A stretch of 63,646 nucleotides of DNA, filler included, from Octopus bimaculoides (taxonomy: Eukaryota), in NCBI RefSeq assembly GCF_001194135.2. It is 9 parts of 9 records of this genome, joined end to end, with 100 filler letters (N's around TTAATTAATTAA, not from the genome) between each part and the next. Parts side by side here need not be neighbours in the genome. Positions count along the whole stretch, not along the records: positions 62,190 to 63,646 come from NC_069002.1; 8 more parts are not named here. One strand, given 5' to 3'. The notes under the pieces were generated by a model. It did no database searches. It was given only the letters and a program-made list of their open reading frames with translations, and was not told the origin of the DNA. Of this stretch, positions 63,251 through 63,646 are shown piece by piece. Position 1 is the stretch's first letter; each line of letters starts with the position of its first letter. A program made the translations under genes and the position numbers.

Positions 63251-63646
63251 GAACAGTAGTGCGAAAGGCGAAGCTTAGTCAGTCGGTTGAAGAATAAATT
63301 CCGGGATATTATCTTACATTTTGTAAAGGATTAAACAACATGACCCCATCCATCCTCCCCACCCCTTGCTTCTACTCCCATCATCATCACCCACCTTTTC
63401 TGTTTTATCCAAACGCACCACAGCACAACGCCATACTTTCTTACACCGCCATTTTTTTTTTATCTAAACATAAACCTTAACCCTACCCAACACTTACCCG
63501 TCCCTCATCTACCGACACGTTATCAGAAAAAAAACATCATACGTGGTTATTTCGCATTGTATTGTTGATCGTTGCCAGTGCATCTGTGCGATGTGGGCAA
63601 CTGTTACAATTTACACCTGTAGCTATGTAAGTATGCGTATATATAT

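Overview
Eukaryotic, AT-rich, gap-riddled genomic DNA packed with microsatellites. The SINE/RTE families and the TTAATTAATTAA scaffold spacers point to an octopus draft assembly; this is an inference, not a database result. The only host gene I can support is the 3' end of a + strand GRAMD4-like gene. Its phase-0 exon (1421-1489) is followed by TWO paralogous terminal exons (4055-4165 and 12175-12426). Each independently supplies the last strand and helix of the GRAM domain but gives a different C-terminal tail. The rest is mostly decayed retroelements: RTE 3' ends, Dong/R4-like and CR1-like LINE fragments, three SINE-like families and at least five Penelope-like (PLE) RT/GIY-YIG fragments. 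Dispersed among them are minimal type-I hammerhead ribozyme motifs of the PLE/retrozyme kind. One has an apparently intact core (28662-28734, minus strand) and sits in an ORF-less unit next to a decamer array; several others are single-lesion relics. There are also long hairpins, inverted RTE pairs inside the GRAMD4 pre-mRNA and one promoter-like motif cluster. Most ORFs in the supplied track are microsatellite or N-gap artefacts. All family assignments rest on motif recognition from memory and need database confirmation.
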